Below the pieces are notes generated by a model that searched no databases, was not told the origin of the DNA, and saw only the letters and a list, made by a program, of their open reading frames with translations. DNA of 59,224 nt, counting the filler, from Gonapodya sp. JEL0774 (lineage: Eukaryota): the NCBI GenBank assembly GCA_027604505.1. It is 4 parts of 4 records of this genome, joined end to end, with 100 filler letters (N's around TTAATTAATTAA, not from the genome) between each part and the next. Parts side by side here need not be neighbours in the genome. Positions count along the whole stretch, not along the records: positions 14,962 to 29,808 come from JADIIX010000306.1; positions 29,909 to 44,585 come from JADIIX010000308.1; 2 more parts are not named here. One strand, given 5' to 3'. Within the stretch, counting starts at the first letter, position 1, and every line of letters begins with the position of its first letter. The translations under genes and the position numbers were made by a program. This document shows positions 20,456 to 33,092 of the stretch, one piece after another.

Positions 20456-22834
20456 ATGAGTCGGTCATTGCTTCAGAATCGCAGTCAGTCTGGATCTCTC
20501 GACCCTCCAGCCTGCGAGATTCGGGAGGGAATGATGATGGCCGGTTCTGTTGAAGATGGTGGGTTACAACGCCAGAAATGGATTCCGAGTGCTCGCGATA
20601 GTTTTGTCTCTCAATTCTTTTGATTTTTATAGCGACGAGGGTTAAGGTCTTCAAGCGCAGCGCTGCCAAGAAGCTCATCAGGAAGAGAAACACTGTCATT
20701 GCGCTGGCCCCACAAGGACCGGCAAGCTCCTCAACCGATTTAATCCCACGAATCCAAAGACTCACTCTTCTCGAGCGCTATCAAGTACAGAAACTGTGGA
20801 TGGAGGTTTGCCGAATGGGTGCCGAGGGCAGAGACGGTCGGGTCCAAGCACTTTGGTCTTTGGTACAAGGACACATTCGTGAGGTAGCGTGTCATCTGCG
20901 GAGCCAGCCTGATGATGGCATATTACATCCTAAATTTGACGCCCTGACTCTGTTTGAACAGCTAGCGACTGTATTTCCAGCCCCACTCCAAACACTTGCC
21001 CGGCTCGGACCTCTGCTAATCAGTGACACTATCACTCTCGAGCTTCGAGGAACTCATAAAACATTCATAAAGACTGGTGCAGGAGTGAGACTCGTGTCAA
21101 TGCTTCTTAAACGAAGGTAAGATCGCATTTTTGCGATCACAACGCAATTGTTCAGCAATTGGACTGCGCAACGGTGACTAGCTGATAATGTTTATGTTCC
21201 GTGAAATTGACCTCCAGTAGCACTTCCCAGCGCATCAGCATTTTGAGCGAACTGTTTTCATCTCCCCGCTCGATTTTGGCCACGCTGAACAACCAGACGA
21301 GCTTGAAGTTGGTTGACCACTTCTTTTCACATCACGCAACATTTGCTGAGAAGCAGTTCGTGGTTCTGTTGATCGCCGCCCCTCCATCATCGCTGAAAGC
21401 TTCCCCGAACGAAGTCAACTTTGCGGACGGAGCTCGAAACCTCTTCACCGCAGTCTCGGACGCAGAGCCAGATCAGCAAGGGAGGATGGGGGCGTACCTC
21501 AAGGATTTCCTGATGGTGAACTTGCGGAGACATCCAACGACTGTTGTTAGCGCCATATATCAAAGAGTTGCCCGAGAGTACCTGCACTGCATTCGTTACG
21601 ACCATGCCTGTCTGCCACCAACTGTGGTGCCCGACTTGACTCTCATTCGCACGAATCTGGAAGATCTTATCACATTGCTGATTCCCTTTATACCTCAAGT
21701 CTCAAAAACTCTAGACGGCTCCACGGTAGCCCGCTTGAGCATTATTCTCGCAACGACAGAGCTCCGCTCGAAGATTTACTGTTGCTTACGTGCCAATCTT
21801 TTCAATCTCGCATCGCACAAGTTTGGCGCCGAAGTTCTCATTGGAGCGTGCGATTTGGTCGACGATTACCGAGAGTGAGAAGTTGGAAGGAGCTTGTGAT
21901 TTCTTGAATTGCACACTATGCTTTGGATTCATACCAGGTTGCTTCTCGAAAGCTCTTTGGGAACTAATCCGAGATCAACTCGCGCAAGATCATCCGCCGC
22001 AGGTTCAACAGGTACATTCAATCGGTGAGTAACCTCAGTCATTAATGAAAGCATACTCTAAAACAATATGGCGAATCAAAGGGGGACCGAAAGACTTCAT
22101 GAAGTGAAAGGTTTGGTGGACCTGTGGAAACTCGCCTGCAGCACTCGCTTCGGATCACAAATCTTGCTCAGCATATTGAGTCCAAGGAACCCCTCACATC
22201 TCGATGGCAGATTACTAAACTCACTCCGTGATCTTACGCCATCGGACCCTGAAAAAACCAAAACGGACCTTGCCCATTCACTGTTCGGGCCGCCATTGGT
22301 TCACGGTATTGTTAAGGCGGGACCAAGCGTGTTGAACTATGTCATACGGTCAAAGGCAGGGAGTGGACTCGTTGCTAATTTGATTTTAAGTGAGAAAGGT
22401 ATGTGGGACATTGCGCACAAATCGCGATAGCGCAACAATTATTGATGCTTGAATGTAACATTCTTCGTGCAATCGAAGAGGACACCGATCGGTCCGAACT
22501 TCTGCAGACCCTATCAATCCTTGCGGGATCGCCCCCTCCTACAAGTTTACCGAATGATTTACGTACGGGGCTTGACCACGTGGATCAAGACTGGCGCACA
22601 CACCCTCTCTTGCACCCTGCATCGTTATGGCTGTTTGGGAGTCTGGTCGCACGGTCACGTACTCTCATCGTTCGGAATGGCGATTCTAAACAGTCATTTC
22701 GACAAGTCATAGTCAAGGACATCAAACCCCACCTTTCTGCATGGCTTCAGATGGTCTCTGTGCATCCTGATGAGCTGTCTGTTCTAGGAAAATTTCTTCG
22801 GGTGCTCTTTGAGACGAGTAGTGATGTTGTCTAA
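20456..22834 (+). CDS. Divergent Puf6/PUM3-like Pumilio-repeat (helical repeat) protein, multi-exon
   Basis: KLWMEV...RVQALWSLVQGHIREVACH resembles the Puf6 N-terminal repeat, LFNLASHKFGAEVL resembles a PUF repeat, and RFGSQILLSILSPRNPSHL resembles the CPL region. GT-AG introns near 20559-20630, 21117, 21875 and 22025. Family match is from memory. Confidence 0.5.
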
Positions 22835-25267
22835 TGCACTCCCACGAACGTTTAAGCTCTGGAGAATCTGTACGAAGGCGATTGTTTAATGTTTTGTGGT
22901 TTGCATGCAATTGTTGCTAGAATCTGGATCGCCGAGTGCATGCCGCTGTGCTGACAACCCTGTCTGATGATCAGGTTAGCCAGCGCAATAATTTCTTTTC
23001 TAATGTGATGTTGCAAATGGTGACATTCTAGGGATGTGGTGGGAGCCCACGTCGTGGACACTTCTTTGGATAATTTACTACATCCGTTCGTAAGGATGGT
23101 AACTGTGCAAAATGACTAACTTGTACAGAAACAATTGACTTTATGTAATCCATGCGATGACATTGCAACTTTTCTGTGGAGTTCAGCAGCTTCCGGAGCA
23201 TCAACCGCTTCCATCCAGCAGGGTACCCGTGCTTGATTACGTTTTCTATCGATTGTCGGACCGCGAAGTAGTCGGGCATTAGTATTGAGGGAAAGATTCT
23301 CTCCCTATTACCTGCGATATTTTAGCACGTCACTTCACCTTCGGCAGCAAATGCATTTGCGGTTCGCAGGTCAATCAATCGTACTTTCCAGCAATGCATA
23401 CAAAGAACATATTGTTAAATGATGTACCCCGTCTGTTCTAGATAGCGGATGCTTGATGGTGAAATTTGATTGGCCACGATTCTTTCTCCAATCACACGTT
23501 TGCCCGACTCTGGAATGTTGGGCTCCGACTGTTACGGTCCGTTGACAATCGTCCTTCTGTTCCATTCACCGCAACATCTTTGATCCACGGCTGCCATCCT
23601 CGGTCCATGCAAAGTGCTCTCACCGTTCTTCAGTCGACACTTCCACGGCAAAGAGTCTCCGCTCAGTGAACGAGGCGTTTGTACCGGGGGACATCAAACA
23701 GCTTGGGATCGATGAATCCTACGATTTGCGGTGAATGTGCCTGCGTTCCGGAGCAACATCTAGGAATATCAATCTCTTGGGACTGGGCGCCCGCCCGCGC
23801 TCCTGCCATGCTCACGGGTGCCTTTCGTCATAGTCGGCCGTCCCCGCTGGCCTCCTATACTTCTGACCTGCGCTCGCAATTGAGTGATCTGTGGACAGGG
23901 ATCTCTCTCGGAGTCCTCCCAAGCGTTGTTTGTCGAGTCTGTTGGTGCAAGATCGGAGCAAACAACAATCTACTGTCAATATACTGGATATTCTGGAGTT
24001 ATTACATGAAGGCGATGGCAACAACAGGGTCCAGAAGTTGTGACGTTTACCAGGGATGTGAATGGGCCCCAGTAGCCACCAGCCTTCACAGCGGCGTCTG
24101 TGCACATTCTTGATCATGCCCACAGAAGATCCCGTCTCCCGATCGCTGGGTGCACCATACCATTCGCCCGGTAATGAGTTTGTGTCATCTATCATGCTCT
24201 CCTCTCGGACCGACACAATTGCTTGATTCCTTTATGAGAGGAAGGACTGGAGTCTGGACTGGCTCAGATTCGACAAGAACAACTTGAGTGGCTGACAGAG
24301 GAAAGGACCTCGATCAAAATCGGCTGATCAACGTCATGGGCTGTAGGAGATATCTTGGGTTTTGTACGATGTACTGAGAGTCCGAATGTTTGATGATCAG
24401 ATCTCGGCGGGCAAAGAATGTTCGAAAGAGAGAACCTTTGACACGGAATAGCTGTGAGTTTTCACAGACTTGAATGAGTGGTGTGATTTAAGTTGTTGTG
24501 CCGAACGAATGAACAAAGGGAGGCCTTGAGCATTCCCAATCAATGTGTTGTCCGGATTCCGTTCATGTTTTGTGACGCGCAGGGGCCCAAACGAATGAAA
24601 ACCAAGACGAACGCCAATTCCAAAATTTTTTTGAAAGTTTAGGCACAGGAGTCGCTTGTGGTTGGCCCGATCTCGTACCTAAACCCTACTCCTCTCTTGT
24701 GGAGACTGTTGATCGAGAAATGGAACGACAGAACCACCGGCTGGCACGGTGCCAACCCATAGCATTATGGGACCCGTACCGAGGGCTCGTTTCAAGCGAG
24801 AACCAATCACTCTCAAATGATCCCCAGTTCAGAAGTACCGCACATGATATTTGACCAGGAAGGTGTATGTTGCAATATACAGTGATTCCATACATAATTC
24901 TATAGAAGTCAATTGATTGATAACAAAGACGCTGTCTTGCCGGCCTTCTCATGTGCAGTAGGTTTGGAACCCGAGCGTAGGTCATAACGCACCATGGCCG
25001 AGGATGAGGCTGCCCGAGTCTCAGGCAGATGAGCCTAGAAGATACTAGGCGCTGTTTAGTGGACAAGATCCGATATCAAGCTTGGTCGTGTGGCAACTCA
25101 CGCGGATAATGACGTCAGCCCGCGGAGTAGCGAGACCATGTCCACCTCTTAATGAGCCCGTCCCTCTTCCCCTAGCTCCTGCGCCTGCCGGTGGTGCGTG
25201 TTGTCGTGGTGCAGGAACTGCCCTTCCTCGGCGCCTTTCGTCCTTCTGTTGCCAAACTTCAGGACTG

Positions 25268-25830
25268 TTATGTTTCGGACACTGCCTGCTCAGGGATGCT
25301 TACCAGCACGTGCAGCTCGGCTTTTGTTTCTGCCAAATTTCTTTCCAGGTCGTCCACTTTTGTTCTGAGAGCGGCTTTCTCGTCCTCTTCGTTATCGCGT
25401 TGCTGCTCAACCTCCTTGAGGCGCTCCTCATGGTTCCTTAACAATTTCCAGAAAAGATTAGCATCCTTGCTGGTGAGGGTTCGAGGATGATTCGTCGAGG
25501 CGATCTCAAGGATGAAGAAATCGTGGAAGGTAGTGACGTCCGATAAGTGAGAGATTGAACCGAAGGGAGTTAGCCGATTGAAGCCAAAGGGCACTTGACA
25601 ACATTGCAAGAGTAACACACAAGCGGCGCATTACTGGGCTCCCCATGCTGTGCTGGGGTTGATGTTGCAGGTGACTCGGCGCCCTCATCTTCCGTGAACG
25701 GCTGGAGGTTGTGGTTCCTGCTGAACTCAGGTTGGCTCATTGAATACGATTGGAATGAAAGTGAGGATTTTAAGATGCCTGGTAAGGTTTCGCAAGTGTT
25801 TTGCGAAAGTGCTTGGGACAGAAATGTCAT
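25268..25830 (-). pseudogene. Coiled-coil protein fragment, probably disrupted
   Basis: RNHEERLKEVEQQRDNEEDEKAALRTKVDDLERNLAETKAEL heptads. Upstream ATG ORF is in a different frame and stops follow downstream. Confidence 0.3.
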
Positions 25831-26492
25831 TGTGTGAGCCTCGTGTATAATAGTGGGTGCCGCTGAGGATCATGGCGACGAACCAACCAGGAGATGCGAC
25901 TGTTGATTGCGAGAGATCAGAAGCTACTTTTATAGCTATGATAAGGACCTCTAAAGAAACGTTTCTGTCATTTCACTCGAGACTAAGAACTGTTGTCTCA
26001 ATCACGTCGGTTTGAAAACTTCGAATTTGGAAAGCCAGTCTCCTCGATGCACAATGACAACCAAATTGTCCTCTTGCAAATGTGTCATGAGTCGCAGGAG
26101 TGCTGTCTTGCTGCCCTGCTGAGCACGAAATGCTGTCGCGTTGTCTCAATGGATTCCAATAGCGTTGAATCGCGGAATGCGTATGTTACATAATGACGAA
26201 TACATCGGTAATAGTCAGTAGAATAAATAGAGGAGCTTGCAAACATAACGTAGGGTTATTATTGCGTTTGTCAGGCTCGTGGTGATGGATGACCTTGATG
26301 AGATGGTGGCGCAGCCCGAGAGGTGCAGGATTTGCCGCCCTGTCGAGTCTCTCCCTTCCCGTGAAACTCATTCGTTCTCAGACTCAAAAACCGCTCCGAC
26401 AAACGATTGACTTTAAGCACAAAATGTCTGTTAACCGCTCCGTGAGTTCTCGCTTGAGTTTCCGCTGTGGAATGCCGATTTTGTTCACGCAG

Positions 26493-27117
26493 CCGCTCTG
26501 CTGAAACATTGGCCTTCCAATCCATTCTCCATCGTCCAGTCGGCTGCCGATACGAACCCGGGCCTTGCCTCTCGTGTAGAGAAGAAGCAGCGGAAGCCCG
26601 TGCCAAGCGTTTACGACGAATGTTTCGCCAAGTACCAAGAAGAGGAGGCGGCGTACCTTCGCAACGTTAAGAACGGCATGATCGGCCACGTAAGCCTTTA
26701 GAACTCAGGACTATACTATGCTCAGTATCGTTTGTCTCACCTCGAAGTGATTGGGGATTTCAGGAAGCGAGAATCTCTCTATTGGAGTGGCAAGCCGACA
26801 TGGTCATGTCGCCGGACTTCAACGCCCGCGATACTCAAGCATATCGGACCCAGCAAGACATTCAACGTGCTCGCGAAGCAGCACAGAACTTATCCGCCCC
26901 GTGGATCAAGAAACAATCAAAGAAGGTTCTCGATGATGCGGTGGGTGATTGGTGGATTCAGAGACGAGAACTCACAGCACTTCACAATTTTAGCGGGGAC
27001 ACGTCCTAACTAACAATTACATTTCTCCACGGTATCCAGCTTCCGCCCACAATCGGAACCTCAGCCTCAAACATCCGCGAGCTGCAGGAACCGACCCCTT
27101 CCTTTATCCGAACGTAG
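26493..27117 (+). CDS. Small spliced hypothetical gene (start exon unresolved)
   Basis: Phase-consistent exons 26493-26689, 26764-26940 and 27040-27117 (donors GTAAGC, GTGGGT; CAG acceptors) encode ...YDECFAKYQEEEAAYLRNVKNGMIGH-EARISLLEWQADM... Confidence 0.35.
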
Positions 27118-27177
27118 TGATAACTGGTCCTTTTCACGACGCGTGACCTAGTTTGCTGTAGAGACTACTATCAAAAA

Positions 27178-27290
27178 CTTCCATTAGCTATGCTCTTTGA
27201 AATAACAAATCCCCTTCCACTTGACCAAATAATCACAAAACTCCGCGTTTGGATGAAGACGGGGTCCTAACAAGCGCTGCGCAAAGTGCT
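27178..27290 (-). pseudogene. Chromodomain relic
   Basis: FAQRLLGPRLH...DYLVKWKGICYFKEHS*W matches the chromodomain pattern (YLVKWKG...W) with an in-frame stop. Confidence 0.55.
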
Positions 27291-28495
27291 GCCAGTCATT
27301 GATTCTCCAGAAGATCCCATCCCCAATGCCGGTCCTTCCGGCCTTCGGAAGCGATGATGGGGGTTGTACTAGTACCGACATACATAGTACAAAATAGACG
27401 GTAATGATACAGGAATTATTGTTATGTCCAGAACATGCTTGTGCAATGAAACCCGCACAAAAGTCTTCTTCGGTGCTCGAACATGTTGCATGACGCGAGA
27501 AACCAGAAAGTACGACTGTTAGATGCGCCCTGTAATAAAAGTAGCTGTTGCTCCAGGCGGGGTACATGTCAGAGTAGGTGGGCAGGCGCGACTAGTTTCG
27601 GAGAGTGTAGGTTCAACCAGGGGACGGAGTAGGACGGACCAGCGAAACTTCACAACATGAAAGTACGCAAGGCGAGGGAAAGAAATGAGGACTCACGGAC
27701 CGTTGCCATCGCTGGCGTTTGAATCCTCAGCACGATTTTACATCCGCTGATGGTCGGCAAGGAGCGATTCACATGGTTCGGAAACCCACGCGAATAAGCA
27801 AACTGAGAGGATCCCAAACTAAAGAAAGAATACATATGAGTCGGATCAATGATGGGAACAGTCAGACAGTGTGAAGAGTAAACCAGAGCAAAGCATCCGT
27901 CCCACGGGCACGGGAACTGTTGGGGTTCGTCGGCCAGCCAGCAACAACCACAATACTCACGTATACCTGGTGACGTCTCTTGAGTCCTCTTATACCTCAT
28001 CCTTTCCATCTCCCATCTCCAAACCAGGATCCGTGTCTCCGACATGAACTGCATCAGCGTTAACGTCCAAGATCCACAGTGGGCAGCACCGCGTTGAGGA
28101 GGGTGACCGAGCCCGAAAGGCGATATGTTGGTATGGGTATCAGCTGTATGTGGGGGTTGGCGTGTGCGGAGTGACGCAGGGTGTGGGGGCACGTCGTGGA
28201 GTCGAGGTCCCCCGCCAGACTGAGGTTGCCAGATCGATGCCGCTGCGAGATGTAGCTGCACGGGCTCTGGCGCACGCCTGTTCGGCGGCAAGCGTTCCTC
28301 GCCGTTCCACAGGACACATCTCCCTGTGCTGCGAACCTGTCAGGCAACGCAGATACCCCGCTCCTCCCGCTCTGGCGCCCGTCCCGCTCAATCGCTTGGA
28401 CGGAGGCCCTTGTTTGTTCCTCGGAATAGTATAGATATGCGGTTCTAGGGCATGTGCGTCTGGAATGCAGCTTTCTGATATTCACAAATGAACAG

Positions 28496-28700
28496 AAACT
28501 CACCAGAACTGCTCCAGACGATCACAGTGACCAAATCAATCAAACTCCATGTCCTTTTTTTGAAGTCTTGCGTCCACCCTTAACAAACTCACCAGAACAG
28601 ACGATCTCGGTGAGCGCATCAAGCTCACTCCACCCTTTCTTCGATGTCTTGCGTCCACTCCTCCATTCAATACCAGATCCGTCAGTGATCACGTCAACCT
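28496..28700. repeat. Imperfect ~81-89-bp tandem duplication
   Basis: AAACTCACCAGAAC at 28496 and 28585; GTCTTGCGTCCAC at 28565 and 28646. Confidence 0.7.
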
Positions 28701-29808
28701 TCGGTTGAACAAACACCTTATCTCAAACCAATATTTTCCTTATCAGGTGCGCAATGCCTCGTTCCAGAGTGTGAGGTGCGCTCAGCGCTCTTACTTCTGA
28801 TCCCCCCGCAAATTTTGTACGTTGCTCCTGGTCAGAGATCTCCCCACAGACCAGAGTGACCCCTTCAACATAAGCTCCATATTCAATGCTTCAATCGTTT
28901 TGCCATCCTCGCCCACCAACTGCCCGCGCCAGCATACGGAAAGCTCAAACCGGGACAGTCCATGATCGTACGTGTTGAATCTGCCCCTCCAACAAAGTGA
29001 TACTGCGGTAGCTGCCAACATGATACCATTTCCAACAGTAAAGGTGGCGCTGGATGCGCTGGCTTGGTCAGAGAGAAGAAAAACGGGGATGGGGGAAGTG
29101 TAGGGAGGGGGGGGGGGGGGGGGGCGATGTGGGGCGTTGCTGAAACTCAAGGGTCGCCCGCCCCCCGCGCCCCCGCCCCCCCCAGGGCATTTGTGTTATG
29201 TGCATCACAAGAAAGTTCCTGTTTCTATCGATGCTTCGCACACAGACCGAACAGATCACTTATAGCTGCGATCTGATTATATTCGAGCCTCCAAGATTTG
29301 ACGCGAACGAATCGCCATACATACCATTCTACATAATGCAATACACAGCGACAACTAATACAATTTGCACACCGGACATGAGCGTTTGGGGTTCCACATA
29401 TGTTTCCACGTCATCGTCCCACGCAATTCCCCATCTGCCAACACATAAAACAGATGGCTTGTGGGACAGTGGTTTGATGTCAAAGCTAGATGCAAAAGTA
29501 CTTTGAATTGCAAGGAAACGGAGAACTCGTTAATACAACAATGAAGGCCTACGACAGCCTATTGATATTCCCGTCATAGGGCCTGCGATCGTCATATTTT
29601 CAGGGGACATCATAATTTTGCTGCCAGAAGCCGTACCAACAGTTCAGAGACTTGTCGTCCGGATCAACTCAACTGTGAGTGGGCACCGTTCGCACACGCG
29701 CTTGTGGAGAAAATGGCCTGATTACCGGGTCACAGCAGCTTCATATAACGTACTACTCAGCAGGCTTGGCCGATTGCTGAGTTTCAGTACAGGCGATTTA
29801 ATGGAGCC

Positions 29809-29908
29809 NNNNNNNNNNNNNNNNNNNNNNNNNNNNNNNNNNNNNNNNNNNNTTAATTAATTAANNNNNNNNNNNNNNNNNNNNNNNNNNNNNNNNNNNN
29901 NNNNNNNN
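29809..29908. other. Artificial contig linker
   Basis: N44-TTAATTAATTAA-N44. Confidence 0.98.
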
Positions 29909-30403
29909 TATATAAAGCGAGAGAAACTACTTTGTATTCTGCAGAGAGCATTACAAGATAAGATTTCTTTACTGGTGAAACTCTGCCCGACAATCCTACG
30001 TCCGAAACCCGAACTCTGAACCAGCGTGCCCGACTCTGTTAACAAAGTGTGGGGTGAATCTTCCTTGTGAATCGTCAGGTGAACATTGAGATTTATTCTT
30101 GGAGATTGGCAAACAAGAATAGATAACCAGCTGGTCTGAGTCTTGGGCTTTTTTCGAAATTTGTACAATTTTATATCTGCAAAATGGCAATCAAGAACTG
30201 CCTCCTCCATGCAGTGGATTTTTTTTCTCGCACCTCAATTGAAAATGGGCAACTGGGTGCTGTGTTGTAAAAATAATTCTATATTCATAAATCTGCACAA
30301 TGGAGCATACAGACCGCATCCATCAATGCGTAATGTTATACTTGAGATGTCTGCAACTTCTGACATACTACCTTCCATCATGGGTTGTACAAGTGTGGCT
30401 ATT

Positions 30404-31270
30404 GTCAGAATCACCACCCGCCATCATGCAGCATCTGCTAATCTGATTCACCAACCGCCCCACTCTACCGGCGTCTGCACTGTCTGAAGCACCAACCACA
30501 ATTGTACCAGCATCCACTTCATCGCCTCCACGTAAAAATCAAGAGTACAACCAATTCCTTAAAATGTTAAATATTCAGAAAAACTAGCGCATGAAGAAGT
30601 TATCTATCCGTTCCTCGATGGTCTAGTGGCTAGGATTCATCGCTCTCACCGATGAGGCCCGGGTTCAATTCCCGGTCGGGGAAAGTTTTTGTCTCTTCTC
30701 CGTACTCCCTTTCGCATCTGGGAACAGGAATGATATCTCTATCTATGGCGGAGTGCATCAATGGATCATTGAGTGGACAGTATTGGCGCGTTGTTCGGTT
30801 TTGGGGAGTAATGTTCAGCCTTCATTGTGTTAGGTTTTGGGGAGTAGTGTTCAGCCTTCTTTGTTTTCCGGCTGGATCTGGCTTGGACAGCTAGCTCACC
30901 ATGAACATCTCCGACTGTTCAAACTGCCACGAGTTTCACGTATCATAGTTCTCACAATAACAACAATCGTCCAAATAGCCAGTAATTTTCTTGTATTTTG
31001 TTTTTTCTGCCCACCACAGACAGGAGTTGCAAAATGACGTGATTTGATTGTCGTTCGTGGACATTTGGGACCAATTACGCTCCATATTGTACCCAAAAGA
31101 GAAGAAGCTCACTAAACTAATTTCAGATTACTATGAAACCTGGTCAAGCGATCGGAGACGCTTCAAAGCTTTGACTTGGAGTTCTTATCATTTTTACCTC
31201 CGCTCATGTCAGGAAGCGAACGTTTAAGATCTCGCTGCTCATTCTCAGCGCTTGGGCGGCCCACTTTAGT
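30404..31270 (+). repeat. Local segmental duplication, copy 1 (copy 2 at ~35983-36830)
   Basis: Colinear similarity from GTCAGAATCACCACC to CTCAGCGCTTGGGCGG. Contains tRNA-Glu and the last codons of the 31163 gene. Confidence 0.9.
30612..30683 (+). tRNA. trnE-CTC: tRNA-Glu (anticodon CTC)
   Basis: Acceptor TCCTCGA/TCGGGGA, A-box TGGTCTAGTGG, anticodon arm CATCG-CTCTCAC-CGATG, T arm CCGGG-TTCAATT-CCCGG, T-run terminator. Confidence 0.97.
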
Positions 31271-32937
31271 TGTGTCGATTGCCGTGGACCTACTGGATAA
31301 CTCATTTTCACGGTCCCCTCCGCTCTCTGCATTCTCGAATGCCTTGTAATGTTCCACGTCAGTGACATTGAATTTGCCGTGTCAAGTTTTCATGGGTCCT
31401 CACCTTCCTCATGTACTGCTCAAGTCCTCCGAGTCTTCCGCTGGATCTCTCTTTCGTTTCATCGTTAGCTTGTACTTCACCTTGGGTTTTCTCTGCAGGC
31501 TTCCTTTGGATTGATCCAACCAGATTCTGAGCACCGTGCAGTGCGTTGGTGGTGCGCTCCCTCATCGCTGAAGGAGCGTTTCTTGCTGCAATTGCTGCGG
31601 ATTCTGCGGTGTCAGAAGCTGTCGAAACAGCATGTGCTGCCACGTCGCGGACCTTTGCGGCGCCAGTCGCCAGCATCTGCGAAGGTGGGGACTGGGAAAT
31701 TGTCTCAGTTGTCGATCTGACCGAGTCAGAAGCTGATGCTCTAAAATTGCGAGCTTCTTGAGAAGTTTTGTGCTGATGACGGGCGTTCTTCAGCAAACTG
31801 ACTTCTATATCGAGTAATTCGGGAGAGTGTCTCACAGCGAACTCTGCTCCCCCAGATCCTGCTCCCGTAACACGGTTCTTAATATCTTCAGCAGTTTCGA
31901 TCAAGGAGTTTTTCACTTCGGTGGCAAGCTTCTCAGTAGCATCGAGTGCACGGCGTGGAAGGGACTTGTTGAAGGATATCCCTTGGTTATCTTGCATATC
32001 CACAGAATTAAGATGAATTTCACCCCACCATGATCGTACTCACCTTTGAAGACGGCAGATCTGCCGCTTCGATCTCGTTTTTCTTCCCAGTGTCTCCACT
32101 GTAGCCGCCAAAACCGAGAGCAGCGGCTTCCCGTGCGTGTCTCTCGATTTGGATGCAATTCTGTGCTTCGCTCTTATTCCCATTAGATGAGGATCCAGAA
32201 GTGCTCTCGGAGCGAGAACGGCGTCTCTCCTTATTTGACACATCATGAGACATACGCCGGTACGCTAGTTCTCCTCCACCAATCACTACATACCTCGACC
32301 ATCGCCTTTGGCATAATCTCTTCATCGGGCACGGACGCACTACTGCCAGGCTTATCTTTCTCCATGTTGTCCTTTCAAACGAAAAATGGCATGCGAACAT
32401 GAGGCACGTGAACTGAGCCAGACCGAAACCGGCGGTCCTCGTTCGACTTGGATTCATAACCTACGAGCTGGCTTTGCATGTATGGATCAGCTTTTGGTGG
32501 CCTCAGTTCCGTGTCGCTGGGTCCCTATTGCGTGAGATAGATTGGCGCGAGAAATGTTTGTCGGGTTAGGCGGTCGCCATCATCATTCTGAAGCGCAATA
32601 CAAATGAGCACAATTTCTCATAATGATCAATGTCTTTAGATCTGCCTGCATGTTGATAACTTGATGACTGGTCAGATTCGCGGAAGGCACACGTCATCCA
32701 ATCTTCGTTGTATAGAGTCGGCCAACTGCGCAACCATTGGCGAGACACTTTCTTGCGACCTTCTGGTAGCACAATGTCATCTTCTCTTCCACTCACTGGG
32801 TGCGGAGAAGTACCTTTCTGTCCGACGATGGTTGAACCCCTCACCAGCAGGTCGCCTGTCCGCGCTTCTGATTTTGAAGCGGCGAAAGGAATTGAAGTGT
32901 CGATGACGTCGCCTGAAGAAATGCGCTTGTTAGCCAT
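31163..32937 (-). CDS. Hydrophilic Ala/Ser/Thr-rich (LEA/hydrophilin-like) protein ending in SKL; 5' exons uncertain
   Basis: Long exon ~31410-31990 (ATGAAKVRDVAAHAVSTASDTAESAA) is spliced to a last exon ending NSKSKL*. Start could be 32253 or 32937. Confidence 0.45.
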
Positions 32938-33092
32938 TTTGAACAGTTGTTGAGTGGTATTTAATTTGTAGTTCAGTTATTGCGGCACGTCACTTCAAGT
33001 ACTGGCCACTGCATAACCCTAGATACAATGTGTAAGTTCCGACTTGAGTCCAAATCATGAATTACGAAAGTCCACGGAAAATCGCATTTTTT

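Noticed and set aside
29416..29467. Hairpin GTCCCAC..CCATCTG/CAGATGG..GTGGGAC
   Set aside because: Two 7-bp stems with an asymmetric bulge; compatible with chance, no context.
30612..31270. tRNA-headed SINE
   Set aside because: Homology between copies extends ~200 bp upstream of the tRNA, the tRNA is intact with a terminator, and there is no tail or TSD. A segmental duplication fits better.
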